Of a stretch of 64,000 nucleotides of DNA, positions 19,599 through 30,588 are shown one piece after another. Position numbers and translations under genes: made by a program. Origin of the DNA: Candidatus Cloacimonadota bacterium (GTDB taxonomy: Bacteria; Cloacimonadota; Cloacimonadia; G963667145); NCBI GenBank assembly GCA_963667255.1, contig OY762940.1, forward strand, positions 128,001-192,000, written 5' to 3'. The notes under the pieces were generated by a model that saw only the letters and a list, made by a program, of their open reading frames with translations, ran no database searches and had not been told where the DNA came from. The first letter of the stretch is position 1. The number at the start of each line of letters is the position of its first letter.

Positions 19599-19639
19599 AA
19601 AAATGCACTTGAGATTTTGTTCTCGAAGTGCATTTTTTT
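19599..19639. terminator. bidirectional terminator
   Basis: AAAAATGCACTT...AAGTGCATTTTT between convergent operons. Confidence 0.8.
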
Positions 19640-19653
19640 ATGTCTAATAAATT

Positions 19654-20568
19654 TTACTCTCTACTGTAAGGGTTACCCACGGAAGCAGGGAACTCTATAT
19701 TCTTCTTGTAAATAATCATCAAAATTATCACCGACAAAAACGGCAACATCAAGAAAAATTGATACGGGATGCTATAAGAAATCATCTGCAATTGGAACGC
19801 AATCAACTCTATCAAAGCGAAAATAAACCCACCCAAAATGGCTCTATGCGGTTTCCAACTGGCGAAGATAGCTATACCAACAGCCATAAATCCTCTTCCC
19901 GCAGCGATATCCGGCGAATAAGTTTTGGTAATAGCGATAGTGAGATACGCCCCTGAAACGCCTATCAAAGCCGAACCGATAATCGTCGCCAAGTATCTTC
20001 TCCGAGAAACATTAATCCCCACAACATCAGCAGCTTTGGGATTTTCCCCGATAGCCCTCGTCTCCAAGCCCATTTTCGTCTTATAAAAAAACCACCACGA
20101 CAACGCAGTAACTGCATACATAAAATAGACTATCACATCTTGGTTCAAAATTCCGGAAATTATCGGTATCTTGGACAGAAACGGAATGCAAATAGCAGGC
20201 GTGTCGGGAGCCATAGGAGCAGACAAACGCACACCAATTATCAATTTGTAGAGCAGGTCGGACAATCCCGAGCCGAATATTACCAAGCAAATTCCCAGAA
20301 TAAATTGGTTCACCTTGAACTTCTCGTGGATGAAAGCCAAAATCAAGCCGAAGATGCCGCCCATAAGAGCTCCTGCAAGAAATCCCAAAAGAGCGTTGCC
20401 ACTAAAAAAAGAGACCAGAAATCCAGCGGAAGCGGCAGCCAGCATTATTCCCTCTCCTGCAACATTGAAAATTCCAGCACGCCCAGAAATGAGAATCCCC
20501 ACACTTGCCAGCGTATAAACCGTAGTATAAACGATTACCGTATGGAGAAAAGTCGTAATAAATTCCAT
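19654..20568 (-). CDS. nucleoside/purine ABC transporter permease 2
   Basis: RAGIFNVAGEG, RAIGENPKAA..GINV, AGRGFMA. Confidence 0.9.
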   Translation of the reverse strand: MEFITTFLHTVIVYTTVYTLASVGILISGRAGIFNVAGEGIMLAAASAGFLVSFFSGNALLGFLAGALMGGIFGLILAFIHEKFKVNQFILGICLVIFGSGLSDLLYKLIIGVRLSAPMAPDTPAICIPFLSKIPIISGILNQDVIVYFMYAVTALSWWFFYKTKMGLETRAIGENPKAADVVGINVSRRRYLATIIGSALIGVSGAYLTIAITKTYSPDIAAGRGFMAVGIAIFASWKPHRAILGGFIFALIELIAFQLQMISYSIPYQFFLMLPFLSVIILMIIYKKNIEFPASVGNPYSRE

Positions 20569-21617
20569 CAAATACCTCCTTTACCAAATCTCTTTCTGAT
20601 GATGACTACAAACATAACTATTATCGCCTGAGACAAAAAAACTACCTCGACCGGAATCTGCATAGTCCGCTGAAGCGAATCGGCTCCCACGAGGAGAACA
20701 GACATAAAGAAAGCTGCTATCGGAGCAGCCAATGGATTGCCCGCAACCACAAGGCTGGTCAAAATTCCGAAAATCCCGTATTGAGCACCACTGGTCTTAG
20801 CAAATCCCTCGATAAGACGACCGTGAATATTGAGAACCTCCAAACATCCTCCCAAACCTGCCAAAGCACCTCCGATAAAGAACGCCAACATAATTGTTTT
20901 GCTGAAGTCTATCCCGTAAGTTTTGGAAGCCTTTAGGTTGTAACCCACAGCGGTAATCTCAAATCCGAGCTTAGTTTTTTTCATCATCAGATAAACCAAA
21001 ACTATCACTATCAGTGACAAGAATATCGACACGGGAACTCCGCCCATAAAACCCAAAGTGGCTGAACTCGGCAAATAGCGAGTAATGGGATGACCTTCCA
21101 GAGGGTCTTTGTAAAGAGAGGAAGTGGCAATAAAATTCACGAACTGGTAAGCAACAAAATTCAACATAATGGTAGAAATAATTGGGTTCACATCGTATTT
21201 GGCTTTGGCAAATCCAGCCAAGAGAGCAAAGCAACCTCCGGCAAGCATACCGACAACCAAAAGTAGTGGCACCATTACTACAGGAGGCAAACCGAGTGAA
21301 GCCAAACTTAACCCCACTGCAGCTGTCACACAGCCTCCCATCAGCATTTGTCCCCAACCACCAATGTTAAAAAATTTAATCATAAACGGAATAGTGAAAG
21401 CGTAAGTGGCGAAAAGAAGAGGTATCGTCTTCTTGATAGTCTCGGAAAAACCGAACGACGATTTGAAAGAGGTAGTTAACAGAGTGGATAGAGCATCCGA
21501 AACATCGTAACCCAGACAAGCCACAAAGATAGAGGTCACGCCCAGAGCAAGCACAACGGCAGAGCCGTAAATCAGCAAACCTCTCAATATCTGATTAATC
21601 AATTTATTATCTTTCAT
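20568..21617 (-). CDS. nucleoside/purine ABC transporter permease 1
   Basis: FNIGGWGQ, ISTIMLNF, GFEITAVGYN. Confidence 0.9.
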   Translation of the reverse strand: MKDNKLINQILRGLLIYGSAVVLALGVTSIFVACLGYDVSDALSTLLTTSFKSSFGFSETIKKTIPLLFATYAFTIPFMIKFFNIGGWGQMLMGGCVTAAVGLSLASLGLPPVVMVPLLLVVGMLAGGCFALLAGFAKAKYDVNPIISTIMLNFVAYQFVNFIATSSLYKDPLEGHPITRYLPSSATLGFMGGVPVSIFLSLIVIVLVYLMMKKTKLGFEITAVGYNLKASKTYGIDFSKTIMLAFFIGGALAGLGGCLEVLNIHGRLIEGFAKTSGAQYGIFGILTSLVVAGNPLAAPIAAFFMSVLLVGADSLQRTMQIPVEVVFLSQAIIVMFVVIIRKRFGKGGI

Positions 21618-23149
21618 CAACTCTCCCCTATCATCAAAAGACCAATCTTGTATTTATCAAATTCAGACCGCTTGAAAATCCCTTTTAGTTTACCATCGTG
21701 CAAAACGGCAATCCTATCGCAAACTATCATCAGCTCGTCCAAATCCTCATTAACAAACAGCACTCCACTGCCTTGCGACCGCAACTCCACCAGCTTGTTG
21801 AAAATAAACTCCACTGTGGAAATATCGAGACCGGAAGTTGGATTGTGCGTTACCAAAAGTTTGAGCGGAGAGACAAAAGCTCGCCCCATAATAGTTTTCT
21901 GAATGTTACCGCCAGAGAGCCTGCGAATAGACAAATTCTCATCGGGAGTCGCCACATTGAACTCTTTTATCACTTTTTTGGCAGCAAGAGAGACCTCGTC
22001 CCACTTCACAAAAAGATTGTTCTTCAGAAATTTGTCTCGTCTGTGATGACCAAGCAAAACATTTTCCTTCACACTACCCTCATTCAAAATCCCCTCGTGT
22101 ATCCTGTCCTCAGGCGTATAAAAAACTCCCTTGTCAAAAACATCCAAAATGGAATCGTCACAAATCGACTCGCCATCCACCAGCATTTCGCCCTTGTCAA
22201 CAATGCTCGGATTGACAACACACTCGGCAATGCTCTTCTCTCCGTTGCCAGAAACGGCAGCCACACCCAATATCTCACCACCATAAATCTTGAACGAAAT
22301 ATCTTCCAAACTGTGATGCTCCGCTGTCCCTGGGACACAAACCCCTTTCAACTCCAAAACAGGCTCGGACGAAACCTTGCTCTCGGGAACAGTAACCTTG
22401 GGCAAAGCACTCTCGTTGACCTCAATATCTTGCTCCATAAACATCAGTTTCACCAAACTCTCAACACCCAAATCCTCGCCTTTCACAGTCGATTGTATCT
22501 TCCCCTTACGCATCACAGTCACGGCGTTGCAAGCCTCCATCACCTCCTTAATCTTGTGAGTGATAAAAATAACTGTCACACCCTTTTCCACAAAAATTTT
22601 CAGCGACTTCAGCAATTGATGAAACTCACTCTCCACGAGGGAAGTCGTCGGCTCATCCAAGATAAGCAGATTTGCTCCACCATACAAAGAGCGAATAATC
22701 TCAATCTTTTGTTTCACACCCGCAGAGAGATTTTTCACTTTCTCATCTATGGGGAAAGCAAGCCCGAACTCTTCGGACAGCTCCAAAATCTTTTTCTTTA
22801 CTTTCGCTTCCGGCAAACTAAAACTTCCGCCTTCAGAACCAAGCATTATGTTTTCCAACGCTGTAAACTCAGGAACAAGTGTCGAAACCTGATGAACCAT
22901 GCCGATTTTGTTTTTGATGGAGTCCAAAGGAGACGAGATAGTAATAGCCTTTCCCGAGAGGAACACCTTGCCTTTATCCGGATTGTATAACCCATACAAG
23001 ATATTCATCAGGGTCGATTTGCCAGCACCATTTTCGCCCAGCAAACCGTGAATCTCTCCCTTTTGCACCACAAAATTAACATCGTCCAAAGCTTTAACAC
23101 TGCCAAAAGTTTTACAAATATTTTCACACCTTAAAAGCTCATTTGACAT
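21617..23149 (-). CDS. nucleoside ABC transporter ATPase (tandem NBD)
   Basis: GENGAGKST, ILDEPT, LSGGNIQK. Confidence 0.93.
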   Translation of the reverse strand: MSNELLRCENICKTFGSVKALDDVNFVVQKGEIHGLLGENGAGKSTLMNILYGLYNPDKGKVFLSGKAITISSPLDSIKNKIGMVHQVSTLVPEFTALENIMLGSEGGSFSLPEAKVKKKILELSEEFGLAFPIDEKVKNLSAGVKQKIEIIRSLYGGANLLILDEPTTSLVESEFHQLLKSLKIFVEKGVTVIFITHKIKEVMEACNAVTVMRKGKIQSTVKGEDLGVESLVKLMFMEQDIEVNESALPKVTVPESKVSSEPVLELKGVCVPGTAEHHSLEDISFKIYGGEILGVAAVSGNGEKSIAECVVNPSIVDKGEMLVDGESICDDSILDVFDKGVFYTPEDRIHEGILNEGSVKENVLLGHHRRDKFLKNNLFVKWDEVSLAAKKVIKEFNVATPDENLSIRRLSGGNIQKTIMGRAFVSPLKLLVTHNPTSGLDISTVEFIFNKLVELRSQGSGVLFVNEDLDELMIVCDRIAVLHDGKLKGIFKRSEFDKYKIGLLMIGES

Positions 23150-23175
23150 AAAATTTCTCCAAAATATTTATCCTG

Positions 23176-24408
23176 CTAAACAATTTCTCCTTCGTTCTTA
23201 TGCTTAGCAATTAACCTACCATTCTTAAAAACAAGTCGAGAAGAACGCTTCCGCAGAGCCTCAGATTCCTTATTCGCATAGACAATATTAAAATCCGCCA
23301 AACAACCGACCTCTATGCCATAACCGTCAAGACGCATCAACTTCGCAGGATTATAAGTGAGCATATCGTAGATAATCTGGGCATGCTCACTGGAGTTGTA
23401 TTGAGCCTGATAAGCCATCAGCAAACCGTAATCAAGCGGGTCGCCCGTGCCATACAGATGGAAACCATCGCAAATAGTGTCCTGAGCCGTCGCACAATTC
23501 ACACCGCCATCTATCAGCTCGCGAACTCTAGTAATCCCGCGTGTCCTCGGCTCTTCGTCGATTCCCATTATCGCCAAAACTTGCGGATTGACACACACAT
23601 TGAATTCAGCCAATTTCAGCAACTCAATCACTTTCAACGCATGAGCCTTATTCTGATAAGCAAGGGAAGTGCAGTGTCCTCCAGCAACTCTACCCTGATA
23701 ACCAAGTTCGATGCTCCGCATAGCCGTGTATTCGAGAGCCTGAGCAAACGGGTCTTTTGTCTGGTCAATGTGCATATCGATATCGACATTATACTTTTGG
23801 GCAATCTCAAAAACCAAATCAACATGCTCTTCGGCTTTTTTGTTCGTCCACTCGGCAGCAGGCATACCACCAGCAATATCGCAACCCATATCCATAGCCT
23901 CAAACATTAACTTCTTGGTGCCCTCGTCTCTAAAAATCCCCTCTTGCGGGAAAGCCACCAATTGAACATCGGCAATATCTTTAGTTTCCTCTTTGGCAAG
24001 AATGCAGCCCTCAAGTGCTCGCAACGAACAAATAGTATCGATGTCCACATTCCCACGAATCTTGGTAACACCGTATTTCACAGACGCTTTTATCGCTCTA
24101 ACTGCCCGCTCCTTCACCTCTTGCGGAGTGTATTCTCTTTTGGATTTATGCATAATATAGATAGACTCTTCCAGAGTGCCCACTCTATAATCTCTACCCC
24201 CAAGTGCAGTATAAGCCTTGTCTATATGCAAATGCGGATTTACAAAAGTAGGCGTAACCAAATTCTTGTCAGCATCTATAACTTCAACAGAATCTCCAAG
24301 CTGGGATTCATCAATTTTCTTTTCGATTTTTACAAATTTCCCCTCATCAATCAAGAGGTCAAAAAAATCGCTCTTCCCCCTAAGTTTCGCATTTTTCACT
24401 AACAACAT
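23176..24408 (-). CDS. cytosine-deaminase-like amidohydrolase
   Basis: PHLHIDKA, VAFPQEG, HID, GHCTSL, QD; start ATG 24408 after GGAG. Confidence 0.85.
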   Translation of the reverse strand: MLLVKNAKLRGKSDFFDLLIDEGKFVKIEKKIDESQLGDSVEVIDADKNLVTPTFVNPHLHIDKAYTALGGRDYRVGTLEESIYIMHKSKREYTPQEVKERAVRAIKASVKYGVTKIRGNVDIDTICSLRALEGCILAKEETKDIADVQLVAFPQEGIFRDEGTKKLMFEAMDMGCDIAGGMPAAEWTNKKAEEHVDLVFEIAQKYNVDIDMHIDQTKDPFAQALEYTAMRSIELGYQGRVAGGHCTSLAYQNKAHALKVIELLKLAEFNVCVNPQVLAIMGIDEEPRTRGITRVRELIDGGVNCATAQDTICDGFHLYGTGDPLDYGLLMAYQAQYNSSEHAQIIYDMLTYNPAKLMRLDGYGIEVGCLADFNIVYANKESEALRKRSSRLVFKNGRLIAKHKNEGEIV

Positions 24409-24492
24409 CTCTTCTCCACTGTCCAATTTCAAAAAAATGGTAGGACTCCCTGAAACATTCCAAGGAATCCTACTGCATTTCTTAGAACCTAT

Positions 24493-25500
24493 TTAAAGAA
24501 TTTTGCTCAACTCTTTGTTAACAACAATCTTTCCAGAAATAATATCGGTGCTAATTTGTTTAACTTTATCGTTAATCTCTTGAGATACATTTTTGATAGG
24601 GAACTCTGTAGACCTCTCTGTATCCACACCATATTTCATACTCCAAAATCCACCTTTCTCGCCCTCAATAATCTTTTGCACAATACCTTTAATAGGGAAT
24701 GTATAGTTGAAAATATCGGAAGTAAGGTAATTTTTAGGTGCTTGATCTTCTTTTGCAGTGTAGGTAGTAGTCATAAACACAGGTCTGTCAGCCTCTTTCA
24801 CAGCGTTAAAAAGCCCGAAGTTACCAAGGTTCACAGCACTAATCAAAATGTCCGCTCCTTGAGAAATCAAGCTCTCCGCAGCTTGTCTAGATTTGAGAGG
24901 GTCGTTGAAATCGCCAACAAAGATGTATTCCAATTTAGCATTAGAACCCAAATCGCTCAACGCTTGATTAATAGCGTTGATTTCTCCTCTAACAAAAGGC
25001 AGCTCCAAACCACCTACAAAACCGATTTTGCCAGTTTCAGTTTTCATAGAAGCCAAAGCACCCAACACATAGAAACCAACATAATAGTTTCTCTCCAAAT
25101 ACCAAACATTCGGAGCAGGATTATCAGCAGGAGCATCAACTTCGATGATGAAAGTCACATCAGGATGATTGGGAGCAACCTTAGCCACAGCACCGTTGAA
25201 TTGTGCACCGTGAACAAAGATAATATTGAAATCAGCGTTAATATACTCGTTGAGCACTCGCTCTGCATCAGGCACAGCAACCTTCTCTGAATATGCAGAT
25301 TTTATACCTGAATTATTTGCTGCCTCCGATAGAGCAACATATCCGATAGTATTGTAATCGGCATCTTGAATAGACCCCGGAAACAAAGCCGCAATCTTAT
25401 TCTCTTTTACTTCCTTCTTGCCACTTTCTTTGCACCCTGGCAAAAAAACTAAAAGCAAAGCAACCATCATAAACAAACTAGCAATTTTCTTAATTCTCAT
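24493..25500 (-). CDS. BMP family nucleoside-binding lipoprotein
   Basis: Lipobox LPGC, TGKIGFVGG, GDFNDP..QGADI. Confidence 0.9.
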   Translation of the reverse strand: MRIKKIASLFMMVALLLVFLPGCKESGKKEVKENKIAALFPGSIQDADYNTIGYVALSEAANNSGIKSAYSEKVAVPDAERVLNEYINADFNIIFVHGAQFNGAVAKVAPNHPDVTFIIEVDAPADNPAPNVWYLERNYYVGFYVLGALASMKTETGKIGFVGGLELPFVRGEINAINQALSDLGSNAKLEYIFVGDFNDPLKSRQAAESLISQGADILISAVNLGNFGLFNAVKEADRPVFMTTTYTAKEDQAPKNYLTSDIFNYTFPIKGIVQKIIEGEKGGFWSMKYGVDTERSTEFPIKNVSQEINDKVKQISTDIISGKIVVNKELSKIL

Positions 25501-25681
25501 CTTTCCCAACTCCTTATTATTTTATTTTTATTATACTTTTCAAACTTAAACTACTGCCGTTTTTACAATTCATAAATTTTGATGTCAAGAGAAAGTAAAC
25601 ACTATTTTGTAATTATCTCATATCCTTGAAAATAATATGTTAAAATTTGACAAAAATCACCTTATCATCATAAAGAGTTTT

Positions 25682-26020
25682 ATGAAACAAACAACAGACT
25701 GGCAAAGTTTTGCCAATTTAGACATTCGTGTCGGCACTATTACAGATGCCGAGCCTTTTACCAAGGCACGCAAACCGGCTTACATCCTGCACATAGATTT
25801 TGGCGAAAAAATCGGCTACAAAAAAACTTCCGCCCAGATTACCAAACTCTACACTCCGAAAGACCTCATCGGCAAGCAAATAGTCGCAATCGTCAACTTC
25901 CCCGATAAGCAAATAGCCAATATCCAAAGCGAATGCTTGGTGCTGGGAGCAGTCGATGGCGACACTGTTACACTTTTGCAACTGGAAAGAAAAACGGAAA
26001 ACGGATTGCCCATAGGGTAA
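25682..26020 (+). CDS. csaA: CsaA / tRNA-binding OB-fold protein
   Basis: DIRVGTI, ARKPAY, SAQIT.LY, VNFP.KQI. Confidence 0.9.
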   Translation: MKQTTDWQSFANLDIRVGTITDAEPFTKARKPAYILHIDFGEKIGYKKTSAQITKLYTPKDLIGKQIVAIVNFPDKQIANIQSECLVLGAVDGDTVTLLQLERKTENGLPIG

Positions 26021-26052
26021 AAAAGGCTTACCGAACCAAAATCCGATAAGCC
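26019..26052 (-). terminator. terminator of the opuA operon
   Basis: Minus strand GGCTTATCGG...CGGTAAGCC-T6. Confidence 0.65.
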
Positions 26053-26071
26053 CTTGTATTAACTACAAATC

Positions 26072-26917
26072 TTACTTCACATTAGCGACCCATTTTTTCA
26101 CTGCGTCTTCGTTATCGCTGACCCAATTTTCTACTGCTTTATTGATGTCGTCGTTCTCATTAACAGCTATCATCAGGCTGGAAATCTGAGCATCTGTCAT
26201 AAAAAACCCATCCAAGAACTTAACCAGCTCCGGCTTCTCTTCGCTCAACCCTTTTTTGCCAACAAGATTAATCACGCCTTCATTCCAATATTTTGCACCG
26301 TCTTGTTTCAGCACTTTCAAGTTCCAACGACCGAACATCCAGTGAGGCTTCCAACCGGTAACCACAATCCACTTTTTGTCATTGATAGCTTTTTTCAGAG
26401 CGGTAGTCATCGCCGGTCCGCTTGAGGCTAACAATTCTATTCCCAAATCGTATTCAGAAATAATCTTCTCCGTCGTCTTCATCATCCCTGCTCCGGCATC
26501 GATTCCCACAATTCTGCCACCAAATTTATCAGCGTTTGCCTTCAGTTCGGAAATATTGTCAATTGTTACATAGTCTGGAACCACCAAACCGCAAATCGTT
26601 CCCTTATACACTTCGCCGATAAACTCAAGTTTGTCTTGGTATTTGTCCAAATAGTCTTTGTGCATTTCCGCCCAGCACTCCATATAAACATCTTTGTTTC
26701 CCTTTGCCACAGCAGCATACGCTGGAGCGACATCGGCAGCAGTTATAGTTACCTCATAACCCAAATCTTTCTCTAAAATGTATTTAACCAAATGAGTGTA
26801 AGCGACTCCCTCAGCCCAGTTTACATACACCAAATCTGCTGTTTTCTTTTGCTCTTCGCCCTTGCAACCAAAGGCAACAATAGCCAATAAGCAACAAAAT
26901 AACAAAATCTTTTTCAT
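26072..26917 (-). CDS. opuAC: glycine betaine ABC transporter substrate-binding lipoprotein
   Basis: Lipobox AFGC, GLVVPDY, GIDAGAGMM, W.PHWMF. Confidence 0.9.
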   Translation of the reverse strand: MKKILLFCCLLAIVAFGCKGEEQKKTADLVYVNWAEGVAYTHLVKYILEKDLGYEVTITAADVAPAYAAVAKGNKDVYMECWAEMHKDYLDKYQDKLEFIGEVYKGTICGLVVPDYVTIDNISELKANADKFGGRIVGIDAGAGMMKTTEKIISEYDLGIELLASSGPAMTTALKKAINDKKWIVVTGWKPHWMFGRWNLKVLKQDGAKYWNEGVINLVGKKGLSEEKPELVKFLDGFFMTDAQISSLMIAVNENDDINKAVENWVSDNEDAVKKWVANVK

Positions 26918-26933
26918 TTCTCTCTCCTAAATT

Positions 26934-27764
26934 TTATTTATTTTTATCTTCCTTACCGAAAGACTGGGTAATCCTATCCAAAAATATCGCCAAAATTACC
27001 ACAGCCAATCCACTCTCAAACCCAATATCTATCCGCAATTGAGTTATCCCTTTTAATATCTCTCCGCCCAAACCTCCTGCTCCAATCATAGCACTGATTA
27101 CCACCATCGAGAGCGAGAGCATTATCGTCTGATTTATCCCCGAAAAAATCGTCTTCTTCGCCAAAGGCAATTGCACTTTGAAAAGCAGTTGTCGCGGAGA
27201 GCAACCAAAGGAGATACCAGCTTCCACCACCTCTTTGGACACATTCCTGATACCCAATGTCGTCAGTCGCACCGCAGGGGGCATCGAGAAAATTATCGTG
27301 GAGATGACACCGGGAACTTGCCCCAACTGGAAAAACAAAACCGACGGAATAAGGTAAACAAACGCCGGCATAGTCTGCATAAAGTCCAAAACCAAGCGAA
27401 CTCCAGCTTCCACTCTCTCACTGCGAGAGCACGCTATACCGATGGGAATCCCGATTGCCAAAGCCAAAAATGTGGAAATGACTATCAGCGTGAGCGTTTG
27501 CAACATTTGCGTCCAATAGCCCATTGCCCATATCATAGAAAAACCCACCAACGAGAAAATCGCCAAATTTCTTCCACACAATTTGTAAGTCAAAAGTGCG
27601 AGCAAAATTATCAAAACAAAAGCGGGAATCAAAAGCAAAAAGCTCTCCACACCACCGATGAACGAAGTAACCAAAAAAGTGATGGAATCGAAAATCCAAC
27701 TGAAATTAATCTCCATCCAGTCGATGCTTCGCTCAAAAGCCTTGCCAATATTAATTATCTTCAT
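26934..27764 (-). CDS. opuAB: glycine betaine ABC transporter permease
   Basis: LDFMQTMPAFVYLIP, NQTIMLSLSMVV. Confidence 0.93.
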   Translation of the reverse strand: MKIINIGKAFERSIDWMEINFSWIFDSITFLVTSFIGGVESFLLLIPAFVLIILLALLTYKLCGRNLAIFSLVGFSMIWAMGYWTQMLQTLTLIVISTFLALAIGIPIGIACSRSERVEAGVRLVLDFMQTMPAFVYLIPSVLFFQLGQVPGVISTIIFSMPPAVRLTTLGIRNVSKEVVEAGISFGCSPRQLLFKVQLPLAKKTIFSGINQTIMLSLSMVVISAMIGAGGLGGEILKGITQLRIDIGFESGLAVVILAIFLDRITQSFGKEDKNK

Positions 27765-29002
27765 TTCCCCTCCAATTCTTGCTTCGGCACGAGATTTTCG
27801 TTATGACGGACATACTCTTCGCCCATCACGATAGAGATAGCCGTAGTCATCGGCACAATTCCCAAAAACCTACCTTCATCTACCACGCTAATAGGCATAT
27901 TTTCGTTAATATACAGAGGTATCAACTCATGAATATATGTCTCGGGACCGACAGTCGGAGCGGATTTATTCACGAAATCTTGCAAAGTATCCAAGCCCTT
28001 TTTATCGGCGGAAATAGCATCGTGTAGAGACACCATGCCCTCGAAATGTCCGTTCCTAGATGTAACCGGCAACCAAGGTAGAGAATGCTTACGCATCAAA
28101 CGAATAGCGACTTTCGGACCATCTTTGTGATTCAAAATTCTGTCCGGATTCTTGCTCATCACTTTGGACACAGTTATAATTTTTGCCGAATCCACCTGCT
28201 CCACAAAGTCGCGAACATAGCTATTAGCAGGGTCAGCCAAAATCTCTTCCGGAGTCCCAATCTGCACAATCTTGGCATCTTTCATAATGGCGATGCGGTC
28301 TCCGAGCTTCAGAGCCTCATCCAAATCGTGCGTAATGAAAACAATCGTCTTGTTCATCTTCTCCTGCATATGCAAAAGCTCATCTTGCATATTGTTGCGA
28401 ATAAGCGGGTCAAGAGCGGAAAAAGCCTCGTCCATCAGCAAAATATCCGCATCCATTGCCACAGCCCTGCCCAACCCCACTCTCTGCTGCATACCGCCGG
28501 ACAACTCCTTGCACATTTGCCTGCCATAGCCTTCCAAACCGACAGTTTTCAGCACCTCCTCAGCCTTAGCCTCTCGCTCTTCAACAGGCACTCCAGCTAC
28601 TTCCAAACCAAAAGCTATATTGGATATAACATCTCGATGCGGTAGCAACCCAAAGTGTTGAAAAACCATCGCCGCTTCGTTTCGCCTAATCTCCCTCAGC
28701 TTCTGCTTATCCGCCTTGGTCAAATCGTAATCGTCCAAAAGAATCGAGCCAAAGGTAGGCGTTATCAATCTGTTCAAACAGCGTAAAAGCGTAGATTTAC
28801 CACTGCCTGACAATCCCATCACCACAAAAATTTCGCCCTCATACACCTCAAAAGATGCATCAGCGACACCAACATTGCAACCGGTTTTGCTTAAAATTTC
28901 CGACTTAGTTTTATTTTCGAGTAAAAGTTTTCTGATTTTTTGCTTCTCGCCACCAAAAAACTTACAAAGTCCTTCGACCTTGATTTTGATTTTTTGTTCC
29001 AT
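27761..29002 (-). CDS. opuAA: glycine betaine ABC transporter ATPase with CBS domains
   Basis: GLSGSGKST, LSGGMQQRVGL, DEAFSALDPLIR, C-terminal CBS pair. Confidence 0.95.
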   Translation of the reverse strand: MEQKIKIKVEGLCKFFGGEKQKIRKLLLENKTKSEILSKTGCNVGVADASFEVYEGEIFVVMGLSGSGKSTLLRCLNRLITPTFGSILLDDYDLTKADKQKLREIRRNEAAMVFQHFGLLPHRDVISNIAFGLEVAGVPVEEREAKAEEVLKTVGLEGYGRQMCKELSGGMQQRVGLGRAVAMDADILLMDEAFSALDPLIRNNMQDELLHMQEKMNKTIVFITHDLDEALKLGDRIAIMKDAKIVQIGTPEEILADPANSYVRDFVEQVDSAKIITVSKVMSKNPDRILNHKDGPKVAIRLMRKHSLPWLPVTSRNGHFEGMVSLHDAISADKKGLDTLQDFVNKSAPTVGPETYIHELIPLYINENMPISVVDEGRFLGIVPMTTAISIVMGEEYVRHNENLVPKQELEGK

Positions 29003-29328
29003 AATTCCTCCTCAATCGTAAATGACAACTTACTTTAGAAGGCAATGAGAAACAGATTGGGAATTTTTACAAAAATTCCATAAAGAAATAGTTTGAAGAG
29101 CTACGGCTCTATGTGATTGTAACCTATTTTTACTTTAATTTTTCTTCTCAGACTCATACAACCAAGAACAGAAAATCCCTGTAGGTGTCAAGGTTAAATA
29201 ATTATGTAAACTAAGCTACAATGCCATAACAAGCTGAAGACAAACAAAATAAAATAGGCAAAAGATTTTGTTAACTCCTCTGCCTATTCGAAAAATACAA
29301 AATATCTAAAAATCCCTATCCCAAAAAA

Positions 29329-30588
29329 TCACTGCGAATAGTCACAAATTTTGTCCTCGTCCAAATCAACATATCTTCCACATTTGCCAGGGAACTCGCA
29401 AGCAACCTCGCCAAACGGGCATTTGCCATAAGCTTTGCTAAGTTTTCTGTTCAAGTAATTGTCAATCACTTGGCGAAAATCCTCAGTTTGCAAAAATTCG
29501 CCTTTCTCATTTTTCAAGTTATATTGTGTTCCTATCAATTTGATTTTTATAGTCAAATCGACATCGTCAGGCAAATTCAGCTTCTCCTTGAACTCCTCCA
29601 AAGGCACTTTGGTAACATCAATAAGATATTGCAAAGTGTTGCTACCTCTGATGTCAGCAGTGTTCACTTGCCCCAAGCTGTTTACAATATTGGACTCGGG
29701 CTTCGTCTTCCAAATGGGAGTGTAAGGCATCACGACAAGAGGCAATATCACCAATACTAAAACCAAAATAGAGAAAATCTTGCCGGAAATTTTCTTCCCA
29801 AAAAGAACAAAGTCCAAACTATTTTCTGGGCAACTATCGACACATTTTCCGCAACTGATGCAATCGGAATTCTTAATCTGCTCCGACATCATTATCTGCA
29901 AACCGGCAGGACAAGCTCTATCGCACATTCCACAACTAATGCAAGTTTTCGCATCTCTATTTATCTTCAAAAAACTGAATTTCCTAATTATACCAAAAAA
30001 TGCTCCGAGCGGACAAAGATACCTGCACCAAAAACTTTTTGTAAACAGAGAAATGACAATGACAATTACCAAAACAATATAAGCAACTGGCTTTTCGTCA
30101 ATCTCGTGTCCTAAGTGCATCAAAGCATTATAGGGTCCATAATTTCTGAAAATCAAATCGCCGAAATAAAACGAATAATAGACGATGACGATGAGAAGCA
30201 AATATTTGGCGAATCGCAAATATTTATCCGCTTTTGCGGGAAGTTCGTAATTTTGCTTGAAGCCGAGCTTTTTGCCCAAAACTCGTAGCCACTCTTGTCC
30301 CGCTCCCAGAGGACAAATGTATCCGCAAAAAACTCTGCCCAAGAAAAACGAAGCCACAAAAAATATTCCCAACAAAATAAACGAACTGGAAAAAATTCGC
30401 TTAAGAAACTCACCTTTGAAAATGAGTGTGAAAAAACTTTCTACTGCTCCAAACGGACAATAAGCATCTATTGGAGCAGCCTTTTCTATGCCAAATTTGA
30501 TGTGAAGAGCAGCGAGAGTGGAAATAAGAATGGCGATAACTATCTGAATTATAAACCTTAACGGCGATTTGGAAGATTTCCTTTTCAT
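29329..30588 (-). CDS. membrane 4Fe-4S binding protein (NapH/MauN-like)
   Basis: FCGYICPLG, WCRYLCPLG, two CxxCxxCxxxCP motifs. Confidence 0.88.
   Translation of the reverse strand: MKRKSSKSPLRFIIQIVIAILISTLAALHIKFGIEKAAPIDAYCPFGAVESFFTLIFKGEFLKRIFSSSFILLGIFFVASFFLGRVFCGYICPLGAGQEWLRVLGKKLGFKQNYELPAKADKYLRFAKYLLLIVIVYYSFYFGDLIFRNYGPYNALMHLGHEIDEKPVAYIVLVIVIVISLFTKSFWCRYLCPLGAFFGIIRKFSFLKINRDAKTCISCGMCDRACPAGLQIMMSEQIKNSDCISCGKCVDSCPENSLDFVLFGKKISGKIFSILVLVLVILPLVVMPYTPIWKTKPESNIVNSLGQVNTADIRGSNTLQYLIDVTKVPLEEFKEKLNLPDDVDLTIKIKLIGTQYNLKNEKGEFLQTEDFRQVIDNYLNRKLSKAYGKCPFGEVACEFPGKCGRYVDLDEDKICDYSQ

Noticed and set aside
21698..22990. 430-aa plus-strand ORF
   Set aside because: Antisense shadow of the ABC ATPase.
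29003..29328. c-di-AMP (ydaO) riboswitch upstream of opuA
   Set aside because: Only TTGACA (29191-29186) and short hairpins are visible; I see no ydaO consensus. An Infernal scan would be decisive.
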